Shown piece after piece: positions 36,952-45,475 of a stretch of 64,000 nt of DNA (positions are counted from its first letter, which is position 1; each line of letters opens with the position of its first letter). The translations under genes were made by a program, and so were the position numbers. The DNA comes from an uncultured Candidatus Saccharibacteria bacterium. Its GTDB lineage: Bacteria > Patescibacteriota > Saccharimonadia > Saccharimonadales > Saccharimonadaceae. The notes under the pieces were generated by a model that saw nothing but the letters and a program-made list of their open reading frames with translations, ran no database searches and was not told the DNA's origin. The stretch covers positions 5,962 through 69,961 of the forward strand of contig CAYSAK010000003.1 in the NCBI GenBank assembly GCA_964429055.1. Direction: 5' to 3'.

Positions 36952-37607
36952 TAAATCACTACTCCGTTTTTATCGATTTCAGCAACTAGTTGAGCGTACA
37001 TTTCAGCTGGATTGTCGGCTGTGGAAAGAGCTGAACCGACATCAATAACATCAACATCTGCGTGCGCCAAAGCGCGAATATTGGTCATATTGGCTCCGCC
37101 ATCCCAACCTATTTCAAGTTCTGGCTTGATGTTGCGAACAAGAGCGATTTTTTCCATTTGGAGTAAATCGGCTTGACCGCCTTGGGCGCCAAGTTGACCA
37201 GCAAAGATTAAGACGTGATCGGCCGCTTCAATGTATGATTTGACGTGGCCAGGATAGGTTGATGGAAGCAGTGCTACACCAGTTTTGATTTCGTGTTTTT
37301 TTAGCTCTTCAAATACCGGTAGCAGGTTTTCATTGGTTTCAGCATGGAAGATACAAAGCGAAGGAGAAAGTTTAAAAATGGTTTCTAATTGTTCGGATGG
37401 GCGAGAGACCATCAAGTGTAAATCAGTTTCCCAACCTTTTGGCCACCAAATGTTGGTAATATCGAGTGTTTCGGTTGGTGCAAAGACTCCGTCAGTGATA
37501 TCAATTTGCACACGTCGAGTAAAGGCGTTGATGGTTTCAACTTGTGTCCTAAAATCCTTTTTATTATTCACTAAAATTGTTGGAACAATTGATACTTCCC
37601 TAATCAT
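36951..37607 (-). CDS. rpe: Ribulose-phosphate 3-epimerase-like TIM-barrel protein
   Basis: 218 aa. The pattern V.PTIL...........I......RVQIDITDG.F....T....... HLMV, the size, and its position next to rpiB fit Rpe. The sequence is divergent. Confidence 0.6.
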   Translation of the reverse strand: MIREVSIVPTILVNNKKDFRTQVETINAFTRRVQIDITDGVFAPTETLDITNIWWPKGWETDLHLMVSRPSEQLETIFKLSPSLCIFHAETNENLLPVFEELKKHEIKTGVALLPSTYPGHVKSYIEAADHVLIFAGQLGAQGGQADLLQMEKIALVRNIKPELEIGWDGGANMTNIRALAHADVDVIDVGSALSTADNPAEMYAQLVAEIDKNGVVI

Positions 37608-38049
37608 AATCTTCCCTTTCGTCTAAACGATTGACACGACGAACTCGTCGTTCTAAATTAACAAAGTTTGTTTCTAGAAAAGTTTTGACGATGTTTCGCA
37701 TTTTTTCTTCGTCTATAAAATGCGCGGATAAGCAGAGGATGTTGGCATCATCATGTTCGCGGGCTAACTTGGCTGATTCTTCTGAGTCACAATGTGCCGC
37801 ACGGATACCTTTGAAGCGATTAGCTTGAATGGTGACACCGTGTGCGGAATCGCAAATTAGAATACCAAGTGCGCCAGGGTTTTCTCGGACTGACATGGCA
37901 ACTTTGACAGCCGGGTCATTATAGTCATCGCCCTCATTGTATTCATAGGCGCCTTCATCGGTTGCGGAATGATTGTTCTCTACCAAAAAGTTCAGAAGCT
38001 TATTTTTGAGTTCAAACCCGCGGTAATCTGCTCCGACAAATACTTCCAT
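37600..38049 (-). CDS. rpiB: Ribose-5-phosphate isomerase B
   Basis: 149 aa. GADYRGFELKN, ILICDSAHGVTIQANRFKGIRAA. Confidence 0.88.
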   Translation of the reverse strand: MEVFVGADYRGFELKNKLLNFLVENNHSATDEGAYEYNEGDDYNDPAVKVAMSVRENPGALGILICDSAHGVTIQANRFKGIRAAHCDSEESAKLAREHDDANILCLSAHFIDEEKMRNIVKTFLETNFVNLERRVRRVNRLDEREDYD

Positions 38050-39053
38050 TAGTTGTCCCCACCAAAATCTACGGTTAATTCAACTAGACGATTGGAATAG
38101 CCCCATTCGTTGTCATACCAAGCAACGACTTTAATCATGTTGCCACCTACGACATCGAGTAAAGGTAGGTCTACGATACAGGAATGTGGATCGCCAATAA
38201 AGTCTGAAGAAACTAGTTCTTCTTCTGTGACGCCAATAATGCCCTTGTAGTAAGGCTCTTTAGCAGCATTTTTAAACAACTCAGCTAGTTCTTCTTTAGT
38301 GGTGTCTTGTTTGATGATGGCTGTGATATCTGAAAGTGAAACTACTGGTGTCGGCACGCGTACGGATAAACCATTGAACTTGCCAGTTAAACTTGGAATA
38401 GTTAGTGCAGCAGCTTTGGAGGCGCCGGTGGTAGTTGGTACAATGTTAGTAGCAGCGTTTCTAGCTTCACGTAAATCTTTGGCTGGAGCATCAAGTAGCT
38501 TTTGAGAACCGGTATAGGAGTGAACCGTGGTCATCATAGCTTTTTCGATGCCAAATTTGTCTTCTAAGACTTTCATAATCGGGGCGATACAGTTAGTAGT
38601 GCAGGAGGCATTTGAAATAATTTCGTCGCCGTTTTCAACAATGTCTTCATTAACGCCGAGCACGACAGTTTTGGCGCCTTCGCCTTTGGCTGGGGCCGAA
38701 ATTACTACGCGCTTCGCACCAGCTTCAATGTGTGCTTTGGCGTCTTCTGGCTTAGTGAAGAGCCCAGTGGATTCAATTACGACATCTACGCCTAAATCTT
38801 TCCAAGGAAGAGCTTTCGGATCTTTTTCGGCATAGACTGGCACTTCTTTACCATCTACTACGATGGCTTTTTCTTTGGCTTCAACTTTAGCATCGTAAGT
38901 GCCATAGGAAGAGTCATATTTTAAAAGGTGAGCTAAGGTCTTAGCGTCAGTAATATCATTGATGGCTACAACTTCTGCGTCTTTTCTGCCCATCAGAATT
39001 TTGAACGCATTGCGTCCAATCCTGCCAAAACCATTAATTGCTACTTTTACCAT
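38049..39053 (-). CDS. gap: Glyceraldehyde-3-phosphate dehydrogenase (type I)
   Basis: 334 aa. INGFGRIGR, SNASCTTNC, WYDNEWGYS. Confidence 0.97.
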   Translation of the reverse strand: MVKVAINGFGRIGRNAFKILMGRKDAEVVAINDITDAKTLAHLLKYDSSYGTYDAKVEAKEKAIVVDGKEVPVYAEKDPKALPWKDLGVDVVIESTGLFTKPEDAKAHIEAGAKRVVISAPAKGEGAKTVVLGVNEDIVENGDEIISNASCTTNCIAPIMKVLEDKFGIEKAMMTTVHSYTGSQKLLDAPAKDLREARNAATNIVPTTTGASKAAALTIPSLTGKFNGLSVRVPTPVVSLSDITAIIKQDTTKEELAELFKNAAKEPYYKGIIGVTEEELVSSDFIGDPHSCIVDLPLLDVVGGNMIKVVAWYDNEWGYSNRLVELTVDFGGDN

Positions 39054-39086
39054 AAGCCTCCTATTCTTCTTATGTTAATTATACAA

Positions 39087-39117
39087 CAAAAAATCTCTTC
39101 GTGGAAGAGATTTTTTT
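39087..39117. terminator. Bidirectional rho-independent terminator after rpsG
   Basis: AAAAAATCTCTTC-gtg-GAAGAGATTTTTTT. Followed on the minus strand by a TATAAT (39078-39083) and SD AGGAGG for gap. Confidence 0.7.
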
Positions 39118-39126
39118 GTTAGTTTC

Positions 39127-39603
39127 TTATCTTGCAAAGTGTGCAAAAGCGCGGTTGGCTTCGGCCATGCGGTGACAATCTTCTTTCTTTTTGAAGGCAG
39201 CACCGGTTTGGTTGTAAGCATCAACGATTTCTGCTTCTAGACGCTTGGCATATGGCATACCACCACGTGCGCGAGCCGATTGCACAAGCCAAGTAAAGGC
39301 AAAGTGCATTTGGCGGTGTCCAGAAATTGGAAATGGAATTTGGTAGTTAGCGCCACCAACACGGCGAGACTTTACTTCAAAGTCTGGTGAGGCGTTGGCG
39401 ATAGCTTTTTCCAAAACTTCCACTGGATTTTCTGATTTCAATTTTTTAGCAGCACCTTCGATGGCTGAATAAACAGCACGTTCGGCAGCTTGCTTTTTAC
39501 CATCAAGCATTGACTTGTTGATGAGTCTTTGTACCATGATGGATTGATATTTGCGGTCTGGAGAAACTTTGCGTTCCAATGACTTAGTAGTTTTACGTGG
39601 CAT
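39127..39603 (-). CDS. rpsG: 30S ribosomal protein S7
   Basis: 158 aa with a full-length S7 pattern (VSPD.KY.S..V.R.IN..M.DGKK..AE..VY.A; EVKSRRVGGANYQIP). Confidence 0.97.
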   Translation of the reverse strand: MPRKTTKSLERKVSPDRKYQSIMVQRLINKSMLDGKKQAAERAVYSAIEGAAKKLKSENPVEVLEKAIANASPDFEVKSRRVGGANYQIPFPISGHRQMHFAFTWLVQSARARGGMPYAKRLEAEIVDAYNQTGAAFKKKEDCHRMAEANRAFAHFAR

Positions 39604-39605
39604 AA

Positions 39606-40019
39606 TTAGTTGCCCTCCTTCTTCGCGCCGTATTTGCTGCGGCCTTGCTTTCTACCTTGTACGCCTTGGAGATCCAAAGTACCACGGACGACATGATAAC
39701 GCACACCAGGAAGATCTGGCACACGACCACCACGTACTAATACCACGGCGTGTTCCTGCAAGTTGTGGCCTTCGCCACCAATGTAGGCCCAAACTTCTTG
39801 GCCGTTAGTGAGACGCACACGAGCAACTTTACGCATAGCGGAGTTTGGCTTTTTTGGCGTCTTGGTAGTAACTTTGATACATACACCACGTTTCAAAGGT
39901 GCAGCTTTCTCATAACGCTTGGTTTTCAATGTGTTGATAATTGAACCAAGAGCTGGAGATTTGGATTTTCGTACAGCCTTTTTGCGAGGCTTACGAATCA
40001 ACTGATTAATAGTTGGCAT
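39606..40019 (-). CDS. rpsL: 30S ribosomal protein S12
   Basis: 137 aa. [43 protein letters not shown]. Confidence 0.97.
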   Translation of the reverse strand: MPTINQLIRKPRKKAVRKSKSPALGSIINTLKTKRYEKAAPLKRGVCIKVTTKTPKKPNSAMRKVARVRLTNGQEVWAYIGGEGHNLQEHAVVLVRGGRVPDLPGVRYHVVRGTLDLQGVQGRKQGRSKYGAKKEGN

Positions 40020-40152
40020 TCAAAATTCCTTATATATTATTATATATATTATATTATTGCCCCACCTGCAGGATACAGCAATAGCAAGTGAGATGAAACT
40101 CTTTATCAAATTATACCATATCTATTTTTAAAAGTCCATATTAAAGCTAAAG

Positions 40153-40179
40153 AAAATCGCCCTTCGAAAGGACGATTTT
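40153..40179 (-). terminator. Terminator-like hairpin after the 132-aa gene
   Basis: AAAATCGCCCTT-cgaa-AGGACGATTTT (one mismatch), flanked by A and T tracts. Confidence 0.55.
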
Positions 40180-40183
40180 AAAT

Positions 40184-40582
40184 TTAGCCAATCCAGGAAG
40201 GTTTTATTAAGAGATTTAATATTCTTTGGATGACTGCCGAGTCTTCATTCCGGACATGAACTTGAGATAGTTTTCCAGAGACTTGATTTGCGAAAAACAC
40301 TAGATAGCTCCTGTTATACTCGTCAGAGATTTCGAAACGAACATTACCTTTGCCTACGATTATTGCTCCAATATCGTAATAAGAATGACGATTCCCAAAA
40401 TACCTAAGGACAAGTTCCGACATCGCATCATTACGAGTTTTTAGCCTAGAGATTTCGGCCCTATCTCGAAACCACTCAAAATCATTCTCCAGAAACGCGT
40501 TAAGCTTTCTGCTGATACTATACTTTGTGGATCGAGAAATTGGCACACCGACAAAAATGCAAGATGTTTCTCTCTCTACCAT
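40184..40582 (-). CDS. Hypothetical protein (132 aa), monocistronic cassette
   Basis: No recognisable motif. It has its own TTGACT-N17-TATAAT promoter, a ~55-nt leader with AGGGGGTT SD, and its own terminator. Confidence 0.5.
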   Translation of the reverse strand: MVERETSCIFVGVPISRSTKYSISRKLNAFLENDFEWFRDRAEISRLKTRNDAMSELVLRYFGNRHSYYDIGAIIVGKGNVRFEISDEYNRSYLVFFANQVSGKLSQVHVRNEDSAVIQRILNLLIKPSWIG

Positions 40583-40637
40583 TCCTATAACCCCCTAATG
40601 TAGAATTTTTGGCTGCAAAAGTACAACAACTATCTTA

Positions 40638-40666
40638 ATTATAGCATATAATTCTAAAAAAGTCAA
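40638..40666 (-). promoter_or_regulatory. Sigma70-type promoter of the 132-aa gene
   Basis: The minus strand reads TTGACT (40661-40666) - 17 nt - TATAAT (40638-43), with TGc directly upstream of the -10. Confidence 0.6.
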
Positions 40667-40678
40667 TAGGGGCCAAGT

Positions 40679-41959
40679 TTACTTCGAATTTGCTTCCACC
40701 AAGAAATCGATAGTTTTTTCAACAATCATCCGGTTTTTGATATCCATTTTGACGTTTGGATCTTTAAGTGATTTCAAGGCTTCTGGCGATTTTTGATAAA
40801 CATCGCGGAGTTCGGCAATTTTGGCTGCGACTAGTTCGTCGGAAACAGTGATTTTTTGCTCTACGGCAATGGTTTGGAGAGCGAGAGAAGCCTTAACGCG
40901 TTCTTCAGCGATTTTGCGAGCTTCTTTTTCCCATTTTTCTTCGGTTTCACTGGCACGTTTCAAATACTCTTCAAAAGTAATTCCCTGGGAAGTCGCATTC
41001 CTTGTAATATCGTCCTTGATCATCCGCATTTGATCGCTGATTAAAATTTCTGGTGCTGGAATTTTGGATTTGGCAACTAAAGCCTTAATCAAAGCATCTT
41101 TGTATTTTTCGCCTTCGCGTTGTTCAGTTTGAAGAGTTAGGTTTTTCTTGATGTCATCCTTTAGAGCAGCTAAATCTTTGAATGGTCCAACTTTTTTAGC
41201 TAATTCATCATTGATTTCTGGAGTTTTAACTTCATTAACTTGCTTTAAGAGAACTTCAAAAATGGTTTTGACGCCAGCTAAATCTTTCATACCATAATCT
41301 TTAGGGAAAGTGAGTTTTAATTCAAATTTGTCACCCGATTCGTGGCCGACGATGCCATCTTCAAAACCTGGGATGAGGCTCATGGAGCCAAGCACTAAAT
41401 GAAAATCTTTGGCTGAACCGCCTGGGAAAGCGACACCATCTCTTTTGCCAACAAAATCAATAATCACTTCATCGGTTAGTTTAGCGGCACGTTTGACGGC
41501 TTTTTTCTCAGCAAATGATTTGGCGATATTGTCTAACACTCCCTGGATGTCTTTAGCTAGAATCTTGACCGGCTCTTTTTTGACGCCGAGTTTTTTGTAA
41601 TCACCAAGTTTGATATCTGGAATGATGTCTGCCGTGGCGGTATATTCCATCATTTCACCTGGGACATATTTGGTGACGTTGACGTTTGGCACCACGAGTG
41701 GTGATTTTTCGTTTTCGGCAAAAGCGGCGATGACGGTAGTACGTACAGCGATATCAGCGGTTTCGGCATTCAAATCATTTTCTGGGATAAATTTCTTGGC
41801 CACTTCCGTCGGGACTTTACCTTTTCTAAAACCTTCTACACGGACTTCTTTAGCTAGTTTTTCGACAGCTTTTTCACCTGCGGTTTTTAAATCTTTCGCG
41901 TCCAAAGTGACAGTTAGTTCCACGCGAGAATCAGATAGCTTTTTCAGCTTTGTTTTCAT
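40679..41959 (-). CDS. tig: Trigger factor
   Basis: 426 aa. N-terminal ribosome-binding domain (GFRKGKVP), FKBP-type PPIase (IDFVGKRDGVAFPGGSA) and a C-terminal arm domain. Confidence 0.93.
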   Translation of the reverse strand: MKTKLKKLSDSRVELTVTLDAKDLKTAGEKAVEKLAKEVRVEGFRKGKVPTEVAKKFIPENDLNAETADIAVRTTVIAAFAENEKSPLVVPNVNVTKYVPGEMMEYTATADIIPDIKLGDYKKLGVKKEPVKILAKDIQGVLDNIAKSFAEKKAVKRAAKLTDEVIIDFVGKRDGVAFPGGSAKDFHLVLGSMSLIPGFEDGIVGHESGDKFELKLTFPKDYGMKDLAGVKTIFEVLLKQVNEVKTPEINDELAKKVGPFKDLAALKDDIKKNLTLQTEQREGEKYKDALIKALVAKSKIPAPEILISDQMRMIKDDITRNATSQGITFEEYLKRASETEEKWEKEARKIAEERVKASLALQTIAVEQKITVSDELVAAKIAELRDVYQKSPEALKSLKDPNVKMDIKNRMIVEKTIDFLVEANSK

Positions 41960-41986
41960 AGTTACTCCTCTAAAATTTAATATATA

Positions 41987-43552
41987 TTATAACACAGTTT
42001 TAATCGAGTTAGTAGTACGGAAGTGTTTAACGGTAAATTTGGCGTCGGCGCCGAGCTTGATATCAGGATTTAGAATTTCCCTAGCGTCAAAAATCTTTTT
42101 GATTTCTAAATAAAGGTTTTTCTCGCCTTCAGATAAATCGTTGTTAGTGACAATGGCCTTGATTCTACCTTCTGGTGTGCCACCAGTTAAAGAACCTTTT
42201 TGGCGATTGATAATAAAGTTGCTAGCTCGGAGGAAGGCTAAAATCTTCTTGGCGGTTTCTTCGTCTTCCAAATCGAATTTTGGTCTCAAGCTGTAAATTG
42301 ACGAAGAGTACGAACCGAATAATTTCAAATCCATTTTGAGACTTCTTTCGACAACGGCCAAATCATCTAAGAAGCGGACCATGTTTTCGGCTGGCACGTA
42401 AAAATTCGTGACAATTGGCACTCTTTCACCGACGCGGACTTGGTTTAAGAAGCTGGTGAGTGAGTTTTCAAATTCGTCAAGCACCGGTTTATTTTTGTCC
42501 GATTCGGTCATAAATTGAATGGTGCGTGGCAAGGATTTTTTGAAATGATTGACTTTCCTTAAGCAACTTTTAGTGCGATGGTCGAATTTGGCAAACACTA
42601 CAAAGCCATCTTCAATGCGGTCGTTTACGGCACTAATTTTTTTGCCGGTGTTTTTAGCAGCCTGGATGATGGCGAGATCGTAGATTTCTAGTCGGGATGG
42701 TTTTAATGAATTTGCCATGTCTAAGAAATTTTGTGCCACGGCAAAGTCTCTAAACGCTGCAACTACACGGACAGATTTATTCTTGATTGGTGTGGCTTTT
42801 AGTATCACTTCCGTGATAACACCCAAAGTGCCTTGTGCGCCGAAGAAAAGTGGCATCAAATCAAGCGAATTATTGTGGCTGATTTTGGCAATCATTGGAT
42901 AGCCGGCTAGTCCGTGCTTTTCTTGTTTGATTTTGTCGATTAATTCCTGATGATTTTTTAATAAGTTGGAAATTTTGCGATAGATTTTGCCTTCAGAAGA
43001 CCTTTCTTTACTGAGTCTTTCTATGGTTTTGAGATTTAGTGGATTGGTCTGCAAAATGTCACCGTTCGACAACACAACTTCGATTCGTTCGACATATTTT
43101 AGTAATTTCTCGGACGGGCAGTTTGAAATTAATCCGCCGATGGTTTCGTTTTCGTGCCCATGGATTGGAATGGTTAGCCCATACATTGAAAGGGCGGTGT
43201 TTAGTTCTTTTAATGTAATTCCCGCTTGCACACGTACCAAACGTTCGCGTTTGTCGGCTTCTAATAAACGATTTAATTTTTCGGTCGAAACAATAATTCC
43301 CTCGCCGAGGTCGGCACCCATTTCGTCGAGGCCGGAGCCCCAAATTGTAACAGGGACTTTGATGTTTTTAATTGCTAGTTGATTACAAAAACGCATTAGC
43401 TTGCTGACGTCTTCAGTTGATTCTGGCAGAGCTACAGCTTTTGGTTTAATTTGCGCGATAGAACGGTCGGTGGAATAATAATCGAGAATTTCTGGGGCAT
43501 CAAAAACGTTGCCAACAATTAATTCATTAAAATACCTCGCAATTTTGCCCAT
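41987..43552 (-). CDS. FAD-linked oxidase (GlcD/FAD_binding_4 family)
   Basis: FAD-binding domain pattern (VPVTIWGSGLDEMGADLGEGIIVSTEKLNR...VRVQAGITLKELN...L). The ORF track starts at 43576. The ATG at 43552 (MGKIARY) lies 10 nt downstream of TGcTATAAT (43563-43568) and is preferred. Confidence 0.75.
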   Translation of the reverse strand: MGKIARYFNELIVGNVFDAPEILDYYSTDRSIAQIKPKAVALPESTEDVSKLMRFCNQLAIKNIKVPVTIWGSGLDEMGADLGEGIIVSTEKLNRLLEADKRERLVRVQAGITLKELNTALSMYGLTIPIHGHENETIGGLISNCPSEKLLKYVERIEVVLSNGDILQTNPLNLKTIERLSKERSSEGKIYRKISNLLKNHQELIDKIKQEKHGLAGYPMIAKISHNNSLDLMPLFFGAQGTLGVITEVILKATPIKNKSVRVVAAFRDFAVAQNFLDMANSLKPSRLEIYDLAIIQAAKNTGKKISAVNDRIEDGFVVFAKFDHRTKSCLRKVNHFKKSLPRTIQFMTESDKNKPVLDEFENSLTSFLNQVRVGERVPIVTNFYVPAENMVRFLDDLAVVERSLKMDLKLFGSYSSSIYSLRPKFDLEDEETAKKILAFLRASNFIINRQKGSLTGGTPEGRIKAIVTNNDLSEGEKNLYLEIKKIFDAREILNPDIKLGADAKFTVKHFRTTNSIKTVL

Positions 43553-43593
43553 CCTGCTTACGATTATAGCACACATTTTTTAAAATAATAAAT

Positions 43594-43618
43594 AAAAAAT
43601 ACCCTCCCTAAGGAGGGT
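43594..43618 (-). terminator. Rho-independent terminator after the 140-aa gene
   Basis: On the minus strand CCCTCC-ttag-GGAGGG is followed by TATTTTTT. A second hairpin GCCAC-agag-GTGGC lies at 43625-43638. Confidence 0.65.
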
Positions 43619-43647
43619 TAATTTGCCACAGAGGTGGCACCAGAGTT

Positions 43648-44061
43648 TTAATTTGCCTTGTTTTTGGCGTCGTTTAGTTTACGTTTTAGTTTGCGTCTTA
43701 ATGTCAACTGACGACGGACCAGAAACGAGATTTTGTCGTTGATGGAACCACAAGGTATGGCCTGAGGTTTGATCAATTTGGACAAATCCAAATGGCCTTC
43801 CAGACTCACAATTTCTTCCATCAATCTCGAGCATTCTTGATTCAAGTCCTCTAGCAGAATGCAAGGTTCGTGCCAGTTAATTCCGACGTAATGAATGTCA
43901 CGCAATCTTTCACGTTCACCAAGGTTAACTTTCCCAGCCAACAGTCTTTCTAAACGGTGTGTCATCAGTTCGCCTTCTTTATTGACGATTGGGAAAGCAT
44001 ACCGCCTGAATCTGCCATTATCGGTAAATTCTACTATCACGCTTTTTTCTCTGGTTTTCAT
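43648..44061 (-). CDS. Hypothetical protein (137 aa from ATG 44061), basic C-terminus
   Basis: No recognisable motif. SD AAGGGGGTT lies 10 nt upstream of ATG 44061 (the track start at 44070 is a TTG). The C-terminal tail is RRKLKRKLNDAKNKAN. Confidence 0.5.
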   Translation of the reverse strand: MKTREKSVIVEFTDNGRFRRYAFPIVNKEGELMTHRLERLLAGKVNLGERERLRDIHYVGINWHEPCILLEDLNQECSRLMEEIVSLEGHLDLSKLIKPQAIPCGSINDKISFLVRRQLTLRRKLKRKLNDAKNKAN

Positions 44062-44155
44062 AAAGAACAACCCCCTTATTTTTATTGCAAAAGGTAAGCG
44101 TCACCTAGTGCGTTATCAATTTTAGCACTGGTGATCATAAAATACAAGATTAGTA

Positions 44156-44184
44156 TTGACTTTTTTAAGCATATGTGGTATAAT
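44156..44184 (+). promoter_or_regulatory. Sigma70-type promoter of the 109-aa gene
   Basis: TTGACT 44156-61, 17-nt spacer, TGgTATAAT (-10 at 44179-84). The 57-nt leader contains GCATTTTATGTCGTT and GGGAGGGTATCTTAAAAG. Confidence 0.6.
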
Positions 44185-44241
44185 GATAATTAGGACGGCA
44201 TTTTATGTCGTTACTTCGTACCTGGGAGGGTATCTTAAAAG

Positions 44242-44571
44242 ATGAATAAGGATTTCTTTTATTCCAAGATTTGGATGACGTTTGTCGGTCGTTCACCGTT
44301 CGTGTACAAACTGTCTAACCCTGACTATGTGTTGGCGATCGATAGCGATAAGTCGCATTTCGAAAAAGAGAATGCCCACTGGCATCTCTGCTACAAAGAG
44401 AAGCCAATCGCGCGAATTACAGCCTACGGCTGTTGGACCTCGTTCCCGAAAGTTCCGACCGATATCAGGTTGGAGGCTGAAGTTATCACTTCGGAAAAGA
44501 TGATCGAAATCATTCGTGCCTGTGGCAAAACTCCTATTTCGGAGCCCGCACTTGTATCATTACGTTCCTAA
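44242..44571 (+). CDS. Hypothetical protein (109 aa)
   Basis: Strong SD GGGAGGG. The weak pattern HFEKENAHWHL...I recalls DUF4160-type small proteins, but this is not secure. Confidence 0.5.
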   Translation: MNKDFFYSKIWMTFVGRSPFVYKLSNPDYVLAIDSDKSHFEKENAHWHLCYKEKPIARITAYGCWTSFPKVPTDIRLEAEVITSEKMIEIIRACGKTPISEPALVSLRS

Positions 44572-44595
44572 TCTACCTATCCCCTTTCCCCCTTA

Positions 44596-44622
44596 CCCCG
44601 GTCAAAATAGACCGGGGTTTTT
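44596..44622 (+). terminator. Rho-independent terminator
   Basis: CCCCGGTC-aaaata-GACCGGGG followed by TTTTT. Confidence 0.75.
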
Positions 44623-44645
44623 CTTGCCATTTTTTATATATTAAT

Positions 44646-44651
44646 ATACAA
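44646..44651 (+). promoter_or_regulatory. -10 box (TACAAT) 7 nt upstream of ATG 44659 (leaderless module-1 transcript)
   Basis: tacaat-aagctt-ATGGA has the same start context as the paralog (tataat-gagctt-ATGGA at 47115-47129). Confidence 0.4.
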
Positions 44652-44658
44652 TAAGCTT

Positions 44659-45237
44659 ATGGAAAATTTTTCTGGCTCAGTAGTAGAATCGAGGTCAGTA
44701 GTTCCGCCACTACCGAATATTCCTTCAGAGATGCCACCTAAGAATAAAAAATTGATTTTAATTCTTGTGGTTATCGAGGTAATAGTTGTGCTTGGCTTTT
44801 TGGCTGCATTGCTTATTACGCTTCTTCAAGAGCCAGAGGGTAGTATTACGATGGATGACGTTGTGGAGGATTATTCTTCTAGTGAAAAACCTGCGGAGGT
44901 GGATTTGTATCAGGAAGAAAGTTTAGTATTATCTAGAATTGCTAATACCGGGACCATTACTGCTAGTGATTGTCGTAGTTTTGGTAATATATATAGTAAA
45001 TATGTAGATATCGATATTTTCCCGTTTGAAATATGTAATGGGCCGACGGTTTCTGTTGTTGCACGCGAAGTTTCCATCAATACATATAATGATATTGAAT
45101 TTTATCAAGTTGGTCTTGGTGATGAAAAAAACATTTACACTATCACGACATATGATGGCTTTAAGATGTTTTATGGCGTTAGCTATGGAGCTACTAGTAA
45201 ATATGAACCAAAGAAAGTAGAGGTTATTAATGAATAA
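44659..45237 (+). CDS. Single-pass membrane protein, module-1 accessory (paralog of 47127-47723)
   Basis: 192 aa. Short cytoplasmic N-terminus, TM helix (LILILVVIEVIVVLGFLAALLITLL) and an extracytoplasmic ~135-aa domain. Shares blocks with the 198-aa paralog (GS.VE.R, NKK.ILI, DC..xxNIY, Y.VGLG...Y). Confidence 0.6.
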   Translation: MENFSGSVVESRSVVPPLPNIPSEMPPKNKKLILILVVIEVIVVLGFLAALLITLLQEPEGSITMDDVVEDYSSSEKPAEVDLYQEESLVLSRIANTGTITASDCRSFGNIYSKYVDIDIFPFEICNGPTVSVVAREVSINTYNDIEFYQVGLGDEKNIYTITTYDGFKMFYGVSYGATSKYEPKKVEVINE

Positions 45238-45475
45238 AACTAGCCTAAAAAAGAAAGGAGTTTCCTCGACCATGAAAAAGACCAAACACAAAAAAACGAC
45301 GAGGGTTAGAAAAACTACCTATCGTTATAAATTAAGTAAGCCAGTGCGGGCTCTGTTTACATTTGAAGCGGTAGCTATTCTTGCTTCAATCGTGGTACTT
45401 ACGATTGTGGCGCTAGGGCCAAATGGTAGTGTGGATATTCCAAGCGATGTAAGTTATGTTAAGGAGGACCAATGA
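45230..45475 (+). CDS. Small basic single-pass membrane protein
   Basis: 81 aa. Lys/Arg/Thr-rich N-terminus and one TM helix. Overlaps both neighbours (8 nt and 4 nt), which suggests translational coupling. Confidence 0.45.
   Translation: MNKTSLKKKGVSSTMKKTKHKKTTRVRKTTYRYKLSKPVRALFTFEAVAILASIVVLTIVALGPNGSVDIPSDVSYVKEDQ

Noticed and set aside
41610-42113. 167-aa plus-strand ORF spanning the tig start and the FAD-oxidase 3' end
   Set aside because: It is antisense to two well-supported genes and crosses their intergenic region. Its Ser/Thr/Phe-rich composition marks it as a shadow ORF.
44197-44245. Possible 14-codon upstream ORF (ATG TCG TTA ... GAA TAA) in the leader of the 109-aa gene
   Set aside because: The homologous ATG in the 50516 leader is followed immediately by a stop (ATG TAG). 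The conserved string is therefore more likely an RNA or DNA motif than a translated uORF.
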